Source of the DNA: Tolypothrix carrinoi HA7290-LM1
GTDB lineage: Bacteria; Cyanobacteriota; Cyanobacteriia; Cyanobacteriales; Nostocaceae
Assembly (NCBI GenBank): GCA_019358935.1
Contig: JAHHIK010000035.1
Span: forward strand, 1 to 64,000
DNA length: 64,000 nucleotides
Direction: 5' to 3'
Notes under the pieces: generated by a model
Told to the model about the DNA's origin: nothing
The model's input: the letters and a program-made list of their open reading frames with translations, nothing else
Databases searched by the model: none
Translations under genes and position numbers: made by a program
In this document: one piece after another, positions 29,386 to 39,092 of the stretch
Numbering within the stretch: the stretch's first letter is position 1
How the letters are laid out: each line of letters starts with the position of its first letter

Positions 29386-30177
29386 ATGAACAGAAGACGA
29401 TTTTTTACCGCCCTTAGTGTAGCAGTTGCCAGCCTGTTGCTCACAATTGGCTTGCCGCTGCTGAGTGACTCTACAGTGGTAGCATCTAACGGTAACTTAC
29501 TTGTTTCTGCTGCCGCTAGCTTAAAAGAGACGATGGAAGAAATTAAGACTGTTTACCAACAAAGTAAACCAGGAACCAACATCAACTATAATTTTGGGGC
29601 TTCTGGTGCTTTATTACAACAGATTCAGCAAGGTGCGCCGGCTGATATTTTTATTTCTGCCGGGAAAAAGCAGGTGGATACATTAGAACAAGCAGGACAG
29701 TTGGTTCCGGGTACTCGTGCGGTGTTGGCAAAGAACCGTTTAGTTTTGGTTGTGCCAAAGAATGTTGCCGGTGTTACCAGTTTTTATAACCTGACGGGAG
29801 ATAATATCAAAAAAATAGCGATCGGCGAACCTAGAAGCGTACCCGCAGGACAATACGGTGAGCAAGTCCTGAAGAAATTGGGCATTTTTGAGAAAGTAAA
29901 AGGCAAATTCGTCTATGCCAATAACGTGCGTCAAGTTCTAGCAGCAGTGGAAAGTGGTAATGCTGATGCGGGTCTGGTTTATAGAACTGATGCCAAAATC
30001 TCCGACAAGGTGAAAATTGTTGTTGCTGCTGATGAAAAATATCATTCGCCAATTGCCTATCCGATGGGAGTCCTGAAAAGCAGTAAAAACGTTGCTGCTG
30101 CTAAGGATTTTGTCCAGTTCTTGAGCAGTGAGCAAGCTAAGGGTGTACTCACTAAATACGGCTTTCTTTTGCCTTAA
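29386..30177 (+). CDS. modA: Molybdate ABC transporter substrate-binding protein (copy 1)
   Basis: SAAASLK, NFGASGAL, GAPADIFISA, SVPAGQY; NRRRFF signal. Confidence 0.95.
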   Translation: MNRRRFFTALSVAVASLLLTIGLPLLSDSTVVASNGNLLVSAAASLKETMEEIKTVYQQSKPGTNINYNFGASGALLQQIQQGAPADIFISAGKKQVDTLEQAGQLVPGTRAVLAKNRLVLVVPKNVAGVTSFYNLTGDNIKKIAIGEPRSVPAGQYGEQVLKKLGIFEKVKGKFVYANNVRQVLAAVESGNADAGLVYRTDAKISDKVKIVVAADEKYHSPIAYPMGVLKSSKNVAAAKDFVQFLSSEQAKGVLTKYGFLLP

Positions 30178-30224
30178 TGCAATAATACGCGCGTTGCATT
30201 CTTAAGACACATTGTCAACAGTTA

Positions 30225-30318
30225 TAAAACTTACGCAAAACATATCGTTTGTAGCGGTAGTTCATGAATTACCGCTACAAGCGAATACAGTGTCCAACCG
30301 CATTTTGTGTAAGTCCTG
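30225..30318. mobile_element. Degenerate CAGGACTTACGCA-family MITE with REP-like hairpin
   Basis: TAAAACTTACGCA...TGTGTAAGTCCTG; direct repeat AGTTA. Confidence 0.7.
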
Positions 30319-30322
30319 AGTT

Positions 30323-30546
30323 AACGTGAGTTCGACGAATAAAATATGACCCCTCTCCAAACCTCTCCCCGACCTCTCCCTAACCCTCCCCTACAAGGGG
30401 AGGGAAGAGGAGCAGCTTTTATTACTGGAGAGGCTTTGAAACCCTATTTTTCGTTCAAACTAGGCGCTTTATTTCCCCCTCTCCATGTAGGAGAGGGGTG
30501 CTTTTTGCTTTGCAAAAAGCGGGGAGAGGTTCGTCGAATTCACCTT
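30323..30546. mobile_element. 224-bp MITE inserted at the end of the previous one
   Basis: TIRs AACGTGAGTTCGACGAA / TTCGTCGAATTCACCTT; direct repeat GAGTT at 30318 and 30547. Confidence 0.75.
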
Positions 30547-30663
30547 GAGTTAAAAGGCATTCTCATTTCTACATATTTTCTCTAATCACAATTTTTATTG
30601 CCAAATTAGTAGGTAAACTAGTTGGTAGTCTTGATAAAACAACAAGATTTTTAGAAGCTGCTA

Positions 30664-31488
30664 ATGAGCAAGATACGAATTTTTTCTTTTATCAGTTGGA
30701 TGTTTCTATCGTTGCTGTTGGTCGTCGGTTGTAATTCTACAACGACGCTTAACCCACCCGCGACTAAAAGTGCAGCTCCTGAGTCGGCAACTTTAACTAT
30801 ATCAGCAGCCGCTAGCTTAAAAGATGCGATGCAGCAAATTAAGCAAAGCTATACCAAGGAAAAGCCAAATGTGAAGCTGACATACAATTTTGGTTCTTCT
30901 GGTGCGCTGCAACAACAAATTGAACAGGGTGCAGGAGTTGATGTATTCATCTCTGCTGCAACCAAACAAATGGACGCTTTAGAGAAAAAAGGTCTTTTGT
31001 TAGAGGGAACCCGCAAAGATTTGTTGAAAAATCAGGTGGTGTTGGTTGTTCCGCAAAAATCTACACAAGTAACTGACTTCAAAGACTTGACAAAACCAAG
31101 TGTGAAAAAAATTGCTTTGGGTGAACCTAAAAGTGTTCCTGCTGGAGAATATGCTCAACAAGTTCTAACTGCACTGAAAATTTTAGATGCAGTTAAACCG
31201 AAAGCTGTATACGCAAAGGATGTTCGTCAAGCACTCAATTATGTTGAGTCAGGTAACGCTGATGCTGGTATCGTTTACCTCTCAGACGCTAAAAGTTCTC
31301 CCAAAGTAAAAATTGTCAAGACAGCACCTGAAAATACCCATAAAAGTGTTGTTTATCCAGTTGCTGTTCTGAAAAGCAGCAAAAATGCTGATGCTGCCAA
31401 GGATTTTATACAATTCGTCTCTAACAATCAAGCCAAAACTACATTTGAAAATCAAGGATTTACGTTGGCTACAGGTTCAGAGAAATAG
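30664..31488 (+). CDS. modA: Molybdate ABC transporter substrate-binding lipoprotein (copy 2)
   Basis: Lipobox VVGC; SAAASLK, NFGSSGAL, SVPAGEY. Confidence 0.95.
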   Translation: MSKIRIFSFISWMFLSLLLVVGCNSTTTLNPPATKSAAPESATLTISAAASLKDAMQQIKQSYTKEKPNVKLTYNFGSSGALQQQIEQGAGVDVFISAATKQMDALEKKGLLLEGTRKDLLKNQVVLVVPQKSTQVTDFKDLTKPSVKKIALGEPKSVPAGEYAQQVLTALKILDAVKPKAVYAKDVRQALNYVESGNADAGIVYLSDAKSSPKVKIVKTAPENTHKSVVYPVAVLKSSKNADAAKDFIQFVSNNQAKTTFENQGFTLATGSEK

Positions 31489-31518
31489 ATGTAAGTAATT
31501 AAACCCATAAAGTGAATT

Positions 31519-33393
31519 ATGCCCCTCGATTTAACCCCTTTGTGGATATCCCTGAAAACCTCTTTACTTGCCACAATTATTACGTTTTTTGTCGGTATTG
31601 CCGCTGCCTATTGGATGTTGGGATACCGAGGTAAAGGTAAATCGCTGATTGAGGGAATCTTCGTTTCTCCGCTGATTTTGCCTCCTACAGTCGTTGGCTT
31701 TTTATTGCTGATGTTTTTTGGCAAATATGGTCCTGCTGGGCAATTTATGGAGAAATTTAACTTTAGCATCGTTTTTAATTGGTATGGTGCGGCGATCGCT
31801 GCCACTGTTGTTTCCTTCCCCTTGATGTATAGAACGTCACTGGGAGCTTTTGAACAAATTGACCAAAACCTCCTATTAGTAGCCAAAACCCTTGGTGCTT
31901 CCCAATGGACGATATTTTGGCGTATCATGTTACCTTTATCAATTCCGGGAGTTTTAGCCGGAACAATCCTGGCTTTTGCTCGTGCTTTGGGTGAATTTGG
32001 AGCCACCTTGATGTTAGCTGGCAATATTCCCGGACAAACTCAGACTATGCCACTGGCAATTTATTTTGCTGTGGAAGCGGGAGATAATAACGAAGCTTGG
32101 CTTTGGTCATTGGTAATTATGGCTACTTCTCTATCTGGGATTATTGCGGTGAATATTTGGCAGGAGGCAAGGGGGAAGAGGGGGAGAGGGGGGGACAAGG
32201 GGACAAGGGGACAAGGAAGACAAGGGGGACAAGGAAGACAAGGGGGTAATTCTTCCCCCATTTCCTACTTTGGTACAGACACAGGTTATCGCGTCTCTAC
32301 TCCCCATTCCACAGATTCTGGACTTTTTGTAGATATTGAGAAAAAGCTTGCTGGTTTTGAGTTGAAGGTATCTTTCAGTGCTGACAAGGAACCTTTGGGA
32401 TTGTTGGGGGGTTCTGGGGCTGGTAAGAGTATGATTTTACGCTGTCTTGCGGGGGTAGAAACACCGAGTTGTGGGCGGATTGTTTTGAATGGAAGGGTGT
32501 TATTTGATGCGGAACGAAAAATTAATTTACCTGCACGCGATCGCCGTATTGGTTTTTTAGTGCAAAATTACGCTCTTTTCCCACACATGACGGTAGCACA
32601 AAACATCGCCTTTGGTTTGCCGAAGGGATTATCTTCTACAGCAGTGAAGCAGCAAGTAGAGGCTCAACTGATAGATGTACAATTGCAAGGATTGGGCGAT
32701 CGCTTTCCACAGCAACTTTCCGGTGGTCAACAGCAACGAGTCGCATTAGCCAGAGCTTTAGCTTCTAGACCGGAAGCTTTACTTTTAGACGAACCGTTTT
32801 CAGCATTAGATACTCACTTGCGGAGTCAACTAGAACAGCAAATGATTGCTACCCTAGCTGATTACCAAGGAGTTACTTTATTTGTGACTCACAATTTGGA
32901 AGAAGCTTACCGAATTTGTCCAAATCTGCTAGTTATGGATCGAGGACAAGCAGTTCATTATGGCTCAAAATACGAAATTTTTGAGCATCCTGCCACAGTT
33001 AGCGTTGCTCAACTAACAGGATGCAAGAACTTCTCCGAAGCTAGCGCTCTTACACCCGAACTAATTGAGGCTGTTGATTGGGGTTGCAGGCTGCGAGTAA
33101 TTGAACCAATTCCAGACGAGCTATCCTCTGTAGGTATTCGCGCCCATCATATCACCTTTAAGGGCGACTCATCACAAGAAAATACATTTCCTTGCTGGTT
33201 GGTAAGAACTGTCGAAACACCGCACCGAATGACGTTGTTTTTGAAGCTGCATTCGTCTTCTACAAATAATCAAGATTATCATTTACAAGCCGAAGTATTC
33301 AAAGAGAAATGGACGACGCTCAAAGACCAACCTTTCCCTTGGTATGTTCATTTAGACTCGATGCGACTTATTCTCATGTCCGGGGAAAGGTAG
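31519..33393 (+). CDS. modBC: Fused molybdate permease/ATPase ModBC
   Basis: PLILPPTVVGF, FARALGEFGAT; GGSGAGKS, LSGGQQQR, LLLDEPF. Repeat-derived linker at about 32170-32310. Confidence 0.95.
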   Translation: MPLDLTPLWISLKTSLLATIITFFVGIAAAYWMLGYRGKGKSLIEGIFVSPLILPPTVVGFLLLMFFGKYGPAGQFMEKFNFSIVFNWYGAAIAATVVSFPLMYRTSLGAFEQIDQNLLLVAKTLGASQWTIFWRIMLPLSIPGVLAGTILAFARALGEFGATLMLAGNIPGQTQTMPLAIYFAVEAGDNNEAWLWSLVIMATSLSGIIAVNIWQEARGKRGRGGDKGTRGQGRQGGQGRQGGNSSPISYFGTDTGYRVSTPHSTDSGLFVDIEKKLAGFELKVSFSADKEPLGLLGGSGAGKSMILRCLAGVETPSCGRIVLNGRVLFDAERKINLPARDRRIGFLVQNYALFPHMTVAQNIAFGLPKGLSSTAVKQQVEAQLIDVQLQGLGDRFPQQLSGGQQQRVALARALASRPEALLLDEPFSALDTHLRSQLEQQMIATLADYQGVTLFVTHNLEEAYRICPNLLVMDRGQAVHYGSKYEIFEHPATVSVAQLTGCKNFSEASALTPELIEAVDWGCRLRVIEPIPDELSSVGIRAHHITFKGDSSQENTFPCWLVRTVETPHRMTLFLKLHSSSTNNQDYHLQAEVFKEKWTTLKDQPFPWYVHLDSMRLILMSGER

Positions 33394-33546
33394 GGGAAGA
33401 GGAGGGGGAGCAGGGGAGCAGGGGAGCAGGGGAGCAAGGGGAACTTCGTTTTTCCCAAACGTCAAGAGCAATAAGTATCGAAATTTACAGAATAAATAAT
33501 ATTAATCATTTAAATCTTTTATTACCTACAATTTTGGTAATAAGAA

Positions 33547-33845
33547 TGCTCGAAACTGCAATACCCATCCAGGCAAAATCTACCCTAAGTCCGATGCCGG
33601 ACAAAAATGGACAGCCTTCTCATCCAAAGACGCAAGCGCGAACATCCGATCCGGTCGTGGGTTCTTTTGGATCTAGTAAACGAACGCTTGTGCTGTCTAC
33701 TTTTTGCGAAACCCCTACACTTGTAAAACAGCACTTTTTTGAACGTGGTGAACTTATTCCACTAGAACCGAGCGTTTTCTATAGAATAGAATGGGGAATA
33801 GTTTGTGCCTCAACCTGGGACGAAGATGGAAAATCTACGACCTAA
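33547..33845 (+). pseudogene. Truncated Crp/Fnr-family (CysR-like) regulator fragment
   Basis: FERGELIPLEPSVFYRIEWGIVCASTWDEDG resembles the start of a cNMP-binding domain, then stops. Confidence 0.55.
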
Positions 33846-34036
33846 AGTTGGCAATTAAATACGTAGGATGAATTGATTTTTTCCAATATTGTTGGTATAG
33901 TTGTGTGTATCCGAAAAAGCACGTATGTATCAGGGTTCATACACAAACATAATTCAGTAGTGTTGATAGTTCATGCATTAAAAAGGCTTGTAGAAAATTT
34001 ACTGACTAATAACGAGCTTACATCTACCCAAAAGAT

Positions 34037-34972
34037 ATGAAAAAGCATGTTTTTGCTATATCCCTGGTTACTTGTGTCTGTAGTGTCATGCTTCCCAATC
34101 AAGCTTTTGCCGCTGTTTTGTACAATGCTGGCAGTTTGGGCAATGCTCTTAAGGAAGTCAGTAGTAATTTCCAAAAGACAACTGGAATTCCTGTTACACA
34201 AGTATCTGGTCCTTCTGGTTTAATTCGAGAGCGTATAGAGAAAGAACTCAGCGAAGGATCGTCAGCTGATGTTTTTGCTAGCGCAGATATCGGCAACCCC
34301 CAGCAATTATATGATAAAGGCTTGAGTGAACCTGTGGTCAACTTTATTGACAACCGTTTGGTTGCAATTGTCAAACCGGGGTTATCAGTAACTTCAGACA
34401 ATTTACTAGATTATTTGCTCAACCCCAGTGTTAAGTTGGGAACTTCAACACCGATAAAAGATCCTTCTGGAGACTATGCTCAAGAGATATTCCGCAAAGC
34501 TGACAATATTAAACCAGGTAACTATGACATTCTCAATAACAAAGCTTTGCAATTGGTAGGTGGTAATCCTAACGCTCCCACAGTTCCTGATGGAAAAAAT
34601 AGCTTAGTTTATTTTCTCAAAGAAACAGGACAAGCAGACATCTTTTTAGCTTACTACACCAGCGGTCTTGCTGCTTCTTCGATTGCCTCAGATTTGCAAA
34701 TTGTGGAATTGCCAGATAACTTAGCAGTCAGAGCTAAGTATGGTTTGACAGTCCTCAAAAATGCTAGCCCGGAGGGTGATAAGTTGGCAAAATATATTCT
34801 GTCACCATCAGGACAAAAGGTTTTATTAAAGTATGGGTTTACGAGTGCAGAAACTACTTCTGTTCCTGAATCTCAAGGAGTGGGAGGGGTTATCTTAGCT
34901 GTGAGTGTTGCCTTTGCCTTGCAGAAAAAATTAGTAGCTTCTAAAAAGCAGCAAGTCAAAGTTAACATCTAA
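34037..34972 (+). CDS. ModA-like oxyanion-binding protein with PEP-CTERM-like tail
   Basis: AGSL, SGPSGLIRERIE, ADVFASAD, STPIKDPSGDYA; C-terminal TSVPES, hydrophobic helix, then a Lys-rich end. Confidence 0.85.
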   Translation: MKKHVFAISLVTCVCSVMLPNQAFAAVLYNAGSLGNALKEVSSNFQKTTGIPVTQVSGPSGLIRERIEKELSEGSSADVFASADIGNPQQLYDKGLSEPVVNFIDNRLVAIVKPGLSVTSDNLLDYLLNPSVKLGTSTPIKDPSGDYAQEIFRKADNIKPGNYDILNNKALQLVGGNPNAPTVPDGKNSLVYFLKETGQADIFLAYYTSGLAASSIASDLQIVELPDNLAVRAKYGLTVLKNASPEGDKLAKYILSPSGQKVLLKYGFTSAETTSVPESQGVGGVILAVSVAFALQKKLVASKKQQVKVNI

Positions 34973-35065
34973 TTTCACGCCAAAACATAGCTTAATTAAA
35001 TTTAGTTTTTCGGCTCTAGATTTGGTGTTCTGTTGGACATGTTCTTCAAGGAAAATAAATTATCT

Positions 35066-35872
35066 ATGAATCAGCTAAATCTTCAAAATACCTTTGATAA
35101 TTTGATAGTCAAGATTGGTGTAACCTTAATAGCAGGAATTTCATCTAGTCTGCTACTTTCGAGTCCAATTTATGCTGGCACACTCAACAAAAATTTAATT
35201 GTCAATGGTGATGCGGAACAAGGACGAGGAGATCCAATAGGTAATGCAGTTGGAGCTAATATACCTGCTATTCCTGGCTGGACTCCAACTGGTAGTTTCA
35301 GCGTGCTGCAATATGGAGCTAAAGGTTTCGATTTTACCACCCCTTCTGGTCAACCCGTAAGCGTTGGTGGACTTCCTGATGCTACTTCTCCAGGACCGAT
35401 AAATCGCGATAAAAATCTCTTTTATGGTGGGGGTGATAGAGGTTCTTCGAGTGCTTCGCAATTAATCAATGTAGCTGATATTGCGTATATTATTGATAAG
35501 GGTAAAGGTGCATTTAACTTGAGTGGTTGGTTGGGTGGATATACAACAGATTTAGATAGCGCACAATTAGATATTAGTTTCCTCGGTCAGGATAATAAGT
35601 CTTTAGGTAAAGCTAGTATTATTTCTTATACTCCAGAGCAGAGAAATAATCAGACAGGCTTGTTTTTTCAGTCTAATAAAGGGGTTGTACCTGTGGGTAC
35701 AAAGTCAATCAATGTGGTGCTAAATGCAAATTATGTAAGAGGACGGGTAAATGATGCTTATGCAGATAATCTCTCGTTGGTAGTTACGAAAGTTCCCGAA
35801 CCATCATCTGGTTTCTTTCTAATTGGGACATGTAGTGTGATGGTTTGGGGACTGCGTAGAAAGCGCTCTTAA
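35066..35872 (+). CDS. PEP-CTERM sorting domain protein
   Basis: NLIVNGDAE N-terminus; KVPEPSS...LRRKRS C-terminus. Start may be 35039. Confidence 0.88.
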   Translation: MNQLNLQNTFDNLIVKIGVTLIAGISSSLLLSSPIYAGTLNKNLIVNGDAEQGRGDPIGNAVGANIPAIPGWTPTGSFSVLQYGAKGFDFTTPSGQPVSVGGLPDATSPGPINRDKNLFYGGGDRGSSSASQLINVADIAYIIDKGKGAFNLSGWLGGYTTDLDSAQLDISFLGQDNKSLGKASIISYTPEQRNNQTGLFFQSNKGVVPVGTKSINVVLNANYVRGRVNDAYADNLSLVVTKVPEPSSGFFLIGTCSVMVWGLRRKRS

Positions 35873-36080
35873 TTGCGGTTATGTGTTTATCAAGTTAAGG
35901 TTTTTCGGTTGGGCAAACGCTGCTTTATGTACTCGATCCGAGATTGGCGATCGCTCCGGCTATAAGACCGAGAATAATCCAAGCAATAACGATCATTTTC
36001 TAGTCCATCAAGAATCTTGCTATTACTTTATCAATTAGTTATGAACTTATTCTTCTATCGTAAGAGATAACTAATAAATG

Positions 36081-36644
36081 TTAAGAAAACTCAAGTGTTT
36101 TTATCTGTTGTAGATACTCTCGTGGTACATTATCTACTAACCAAACATTATTATCAGAACAGTAAAACTCGTAACCTGCCTGATACATTGCCCTAGTATT
36201 CACAGCAAAAACTATCGGTTTACCGTGCCTTGCACCAACAGCTGTCGCGGTAACAATATCTGCTGAAAGATGGACATGATGGCGCGACATTTTACAAAGT
36301 CCGGTTTGCAAAATTGATTCAACGGCTTTGTGTCCCGTACCGTGATAAAGTACATCAGGAGGAACAACAGCTTCTAGCTGCAAATCGACTTCTACACTAT
36401 GTCCTTGGTTAGCGCGAATGAGAGTGCCTGTAGAGTCAAAGGAAAAGCGTTGTTTGTCGTTATATTCTACGACTAAATCCAACTCGTCGCGGCTGATAGG
36501 AAACTGATATTTTTTGCAAGCTGCTAATAGTTTATTGACAGCAACCCAACCACCAGGAGAAAGGGTAATGCCAATTCTTTCTGGTTGATGTCGTAGATGT
36601 TTGCTGAGATATTTGCTGATTTTTACCAGACGATAATTGTCCAT
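36081..36644 (-). CDS. kptA: RNA 2'-phosphotransferase (Tpt1/KptA)
   Basis: LRHQPE, DKQRF, IRANQGHS, LYHGT, RHHVHLS. Confidence 0.95.
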   Translation of the reverse strand: MDNYRLVKISKYLSKHLRHQPERIGITLSPGGWVAVNKLLAACKKYQFPISRDELDLVVEYNDKQRFSFDSTGTLIRANQGHSVEVDLQLEAVVPPDVLYHGTGHKAVESILQTGLCKMSRHHVHLSADIVTATAVGARHGKPIVFAVNTRAMYQAGYEFYCSDNNVWLVDNVPREYLQQIKTLEFS

Positions 36645-36663
36645 ATTGGGGTGAGAACTGCGC

Positions 36664-36957
36664 CTAAACGTCTACCACAGTACTGTATACATGACCATCG
36701 TTAGAAACAATGGCTTGAGAAAATTGCGGATTGTGTAAATCTTTAAAGCCTGGAGTTTCTCTCATCGCTTTCAAATCGGCTTCGCTTTCCCAGTTAGCGA
36801 TCGCAGTGACTCTTGTCTTATCATCGCTTACAAGTAACTTGGCAGAAATGAATCCTGGCTGATGTTTCACAACATCCATGTAGACTTTTTGGATATTGAG
36901 GAAAGCATCTTCTTGCTTTTCTGGTAAAACGGTGAAAACATTCACAAAAGTAATCAT
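36664..36957 (-). CDS. Antibiotic biosynthesis monooxygenase (ABM) family protein
   Basis: FVNVFTV, QPGFISA, ANWES. Confidence 0.85.
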   Translation of the reverse strand: MITFVNVFTVLPEKQEDAFLNIQKVYMDVVKHQPGFISAKLLVSDDKTRVTAIANWESEADLKAMRETPGFKDLHNPQFSQAIVSNDGHVYSTVVDV

Positions 36958-37058
36958 GATTTTATCTAAAAAAGTCTTTATATTAAGTATAGCTATGCGT
37001 CAAAGCTTTTTTCAACGCAGAGTAACACAGAGTCAGCGCTGAGGTACGCAGAGTTTTT

Positions 37059-37197
37059 GGCATTGCTAAATTGACATATGAACTCTTGTTTCTACCTTTG
37101 CGACGGACACATTCTTCAAGTCGGCGGAGCCGCCCACAGAAGTGTCCTCGTCTTTGCGACTTTGCGTGAGCAATTCATATCCTGATTCAGCAACGTC
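37059..37197. mobile_element. 139-bp MITE (GG-starting ends, 8-bp TSD, ISL3-like signature)
   Basis: GGCATTGCTAAATTGACATATGAA / TTCATATCCTGATTCAGCAACGTC; GAGTTTTT at 37051 and 37198. Confidence 0.75.
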
Positions 37198-37243
37198 GAG
37201 TTTTTCATTATATTTATATAGTTTTGGGATATCCACGACCTGA

Positions 37244-38218
37244 TTATAATTCAGCTGAAAACAGTTTACCAATTTGCGCTAAATCGACATTTCCACCGCT
37301 GATGATGACACCAATTTTTGCCTCTGGTGCTGTCACCACATTTTCAAGTAAAGCTGCTGCTGCTAGCACTCCGGTGGGTTCAACGACAATTTTCAAACGT
37401 GACCACAAAAAGAACATGGTGCGAAGAATTGCTTCTTCCGATACTGTCACCATATCATCAACATAATGCAGTACTAGCGGGAAAGTTATTTTACCCAAGC
37501 TGGGAGTACGCGCACCGTCAGCAATGGTATTAGGATTGTTTACAGTATGTAAGATTTTGCTATGAAATGAGCGTGTAGCATCGTCGGCAAGTTGTGGTTC
37601 TACACCAATTACTTGACAATTTGGTAAAAGTGCTTTGGTGGCGATCGCACAACCGGAAAGTAATCCTCCACCCCCACAACAAACTAATAGCAAGTTCAAT
37701 TCACCAGCTTCTTCAATTAGTTCTAAAGCTGTTGTACCTTGTCCGGCAATTATATCAGGATGGTCGTAAGGAGGAATGAGTGTTAAACCTCTTTCTTTTA
37801 CTATAGTTTGGGCTAATTCTTCTCTGTTTGTTTGCTGTCGATTATATAAAATTACCTCCGCATTATAACCGCGTGTAGCAGTTTTTTTGACGGCGGGTGC
37901 ATCATCAGGCATTACAATTGTGGTGGGAATATTTAGTAATTCTCCCGCTAAGGCGATTCCTTGAGCATGATTCCCGGATGAAAATGTCAAAACACCTTTT
38001 TGTTTTTGAGTTTCCGATAGTTGCGACAGCGCATTATATGCACCTCTAAATTTAAAAGAGCCAGTGCGTTGAAAATTTTCGCATTTAAAAAATACTTGGC
38101 TATTGATGCGTTGATTAACAGTTCTGGAAGTGATAACTGGGGTATGATGGGCAATTCCATCAAGACGTTTGGCAGCTGCTTGTACGTCAGTTATAGTGAT
38201 AGAATTATGCTGAGACAT
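37244..38218 (-). CDS. PLP-dependent threonine dehydratase / hydroxyaspartate ammonia-lyase family
   Basis: KCENFQRTGSFKFRGA, SSGNHAQG, CGGGGLLSG, SGGNVD. Confidence 0.92.
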   Translation of the reverse strand: MSQHNSITITDVQAAAKRLDGIAHHTPVITSRTVNQRINSQVFFKCENFQRTGSFKFRGAYNALSQLSETQKQKGVLTFSSGNHAQGIALAGELLNIPTTIVMPDDAPAVKKTATRGYNAEVILYNRQQTNREELAQTIVKERGLTLIPPYDHPDIIAGQGTTALELIEEAGELNLLLVCCGGGGLLSGCAIATKALLPNCQVIGVEPQLADDATRSFHSKILHTVNNPNTIADGARTPSLGKITFPLVLHYVDDMVTVSEEAILRTMFFLWSRLKIVVEPTGVLAAAALLENVVTAPEAKIGVIISGGNVDLAQIGKLFSAEL

Positions 38219-39065
38219 CAATGACATTGTTTTCTACAAAAGAGTAATCATACCAATCATTTACAGGTTGATAACCAATGCTTTGGTAGATGTGATTGGA
38301 TATAGGATTTGCCAAGTTAGTAAACAAAAAGCAGTATTTATATCCCTTATCTAATAGTGTCTGACTCAACCTTGCTACACAAGCACTGGCGTAACCCTTA
38401 TTGCGATATTCTGGAGGTGTGTACACCATATTTATCTCGACACCGTTTGGCGTTATTCCCCCACAACAAGCGATAGAGACAGGAACTTTATCTTGCCAAA
38501 TGAAAGCAGTACTTTGCTGCAAAGTGCGTTCAATCCAGCGTTTTGGATCTGACTCAACACTACCACTTGTTTCTACCGAAAAGGCTTCATCCCAGCGCAA
38601 AAGAAGTTCTCTGTCTGTTTCTGTCGCTATCCGTAAATTACCTTGTGCTGAGGAAATTGGCTGCACTTTTTCCAGTTGAAAGGTACGCAGCTTCTTGATT
38701 AATTGGTAAGATTGACCCGTAAGCGATCGCCAAGTTTCCGCAAAAGCTTTTGCTTCATTCATGGGGGCAGTAACCCCCGGTAATGATTGAGTGAGGTGTA
38801 AATCTTGAGCGATCGCCTCCACCGCTGCAAAATCCTGTATCTTGGATAAAAGTAACTTGCGAGGTGGTGTTCTCATCGCAACTGCAACAATATTTCCGTC
38901 TGTTTCTACAGTTGCTAAATAAGGCTTTTCCCCATAGCGTTTTGGGTTGTAAATTAAAACGTTGCTAATTCCCAGCAGCAGGAAATGAAGTGCTTCCTGA
39001 CTCAGCAAGTAGTCTTTCACCCGTTCATAAAATTGACTTGCGTCTTCATACCGATGAAGTTTCAT
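38205..39065 (-). CDS. GNAT family N-acetyltransferase
   Basis: VYTPPEYRNKGYAS...NPISNHIYQSIGY. Confidence 0.9.
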   Translation of the reverse strand: MKLHRYEDASQFYERVKDYLLSQEALHFLLLGISNVLIYNPKRYGEKPYLATVETDGNIVAVAMRTPPRKLLLSKIQDFAAVEAIAQDLHLTQSLPGVTAPMNEAKAFAETWRSLTGQSYQLIKKLRTFQLEKVQPISSAQGNLRIATETDRELLLRWDEAFSVETSGSVESDPKRWIERTLQQSTAFIWQDKVPVSIACCGGITPNGVEINMVYTPPEYRNKGYASACVARLSQTLLDKGYKYCFLFTNLANPISNHIYQSIGYQPVNDWYDYSFVENNVIDVSA

Positions 39066-39092
39066 TTTACTTTGCGCCTATAAGTGAATAAA

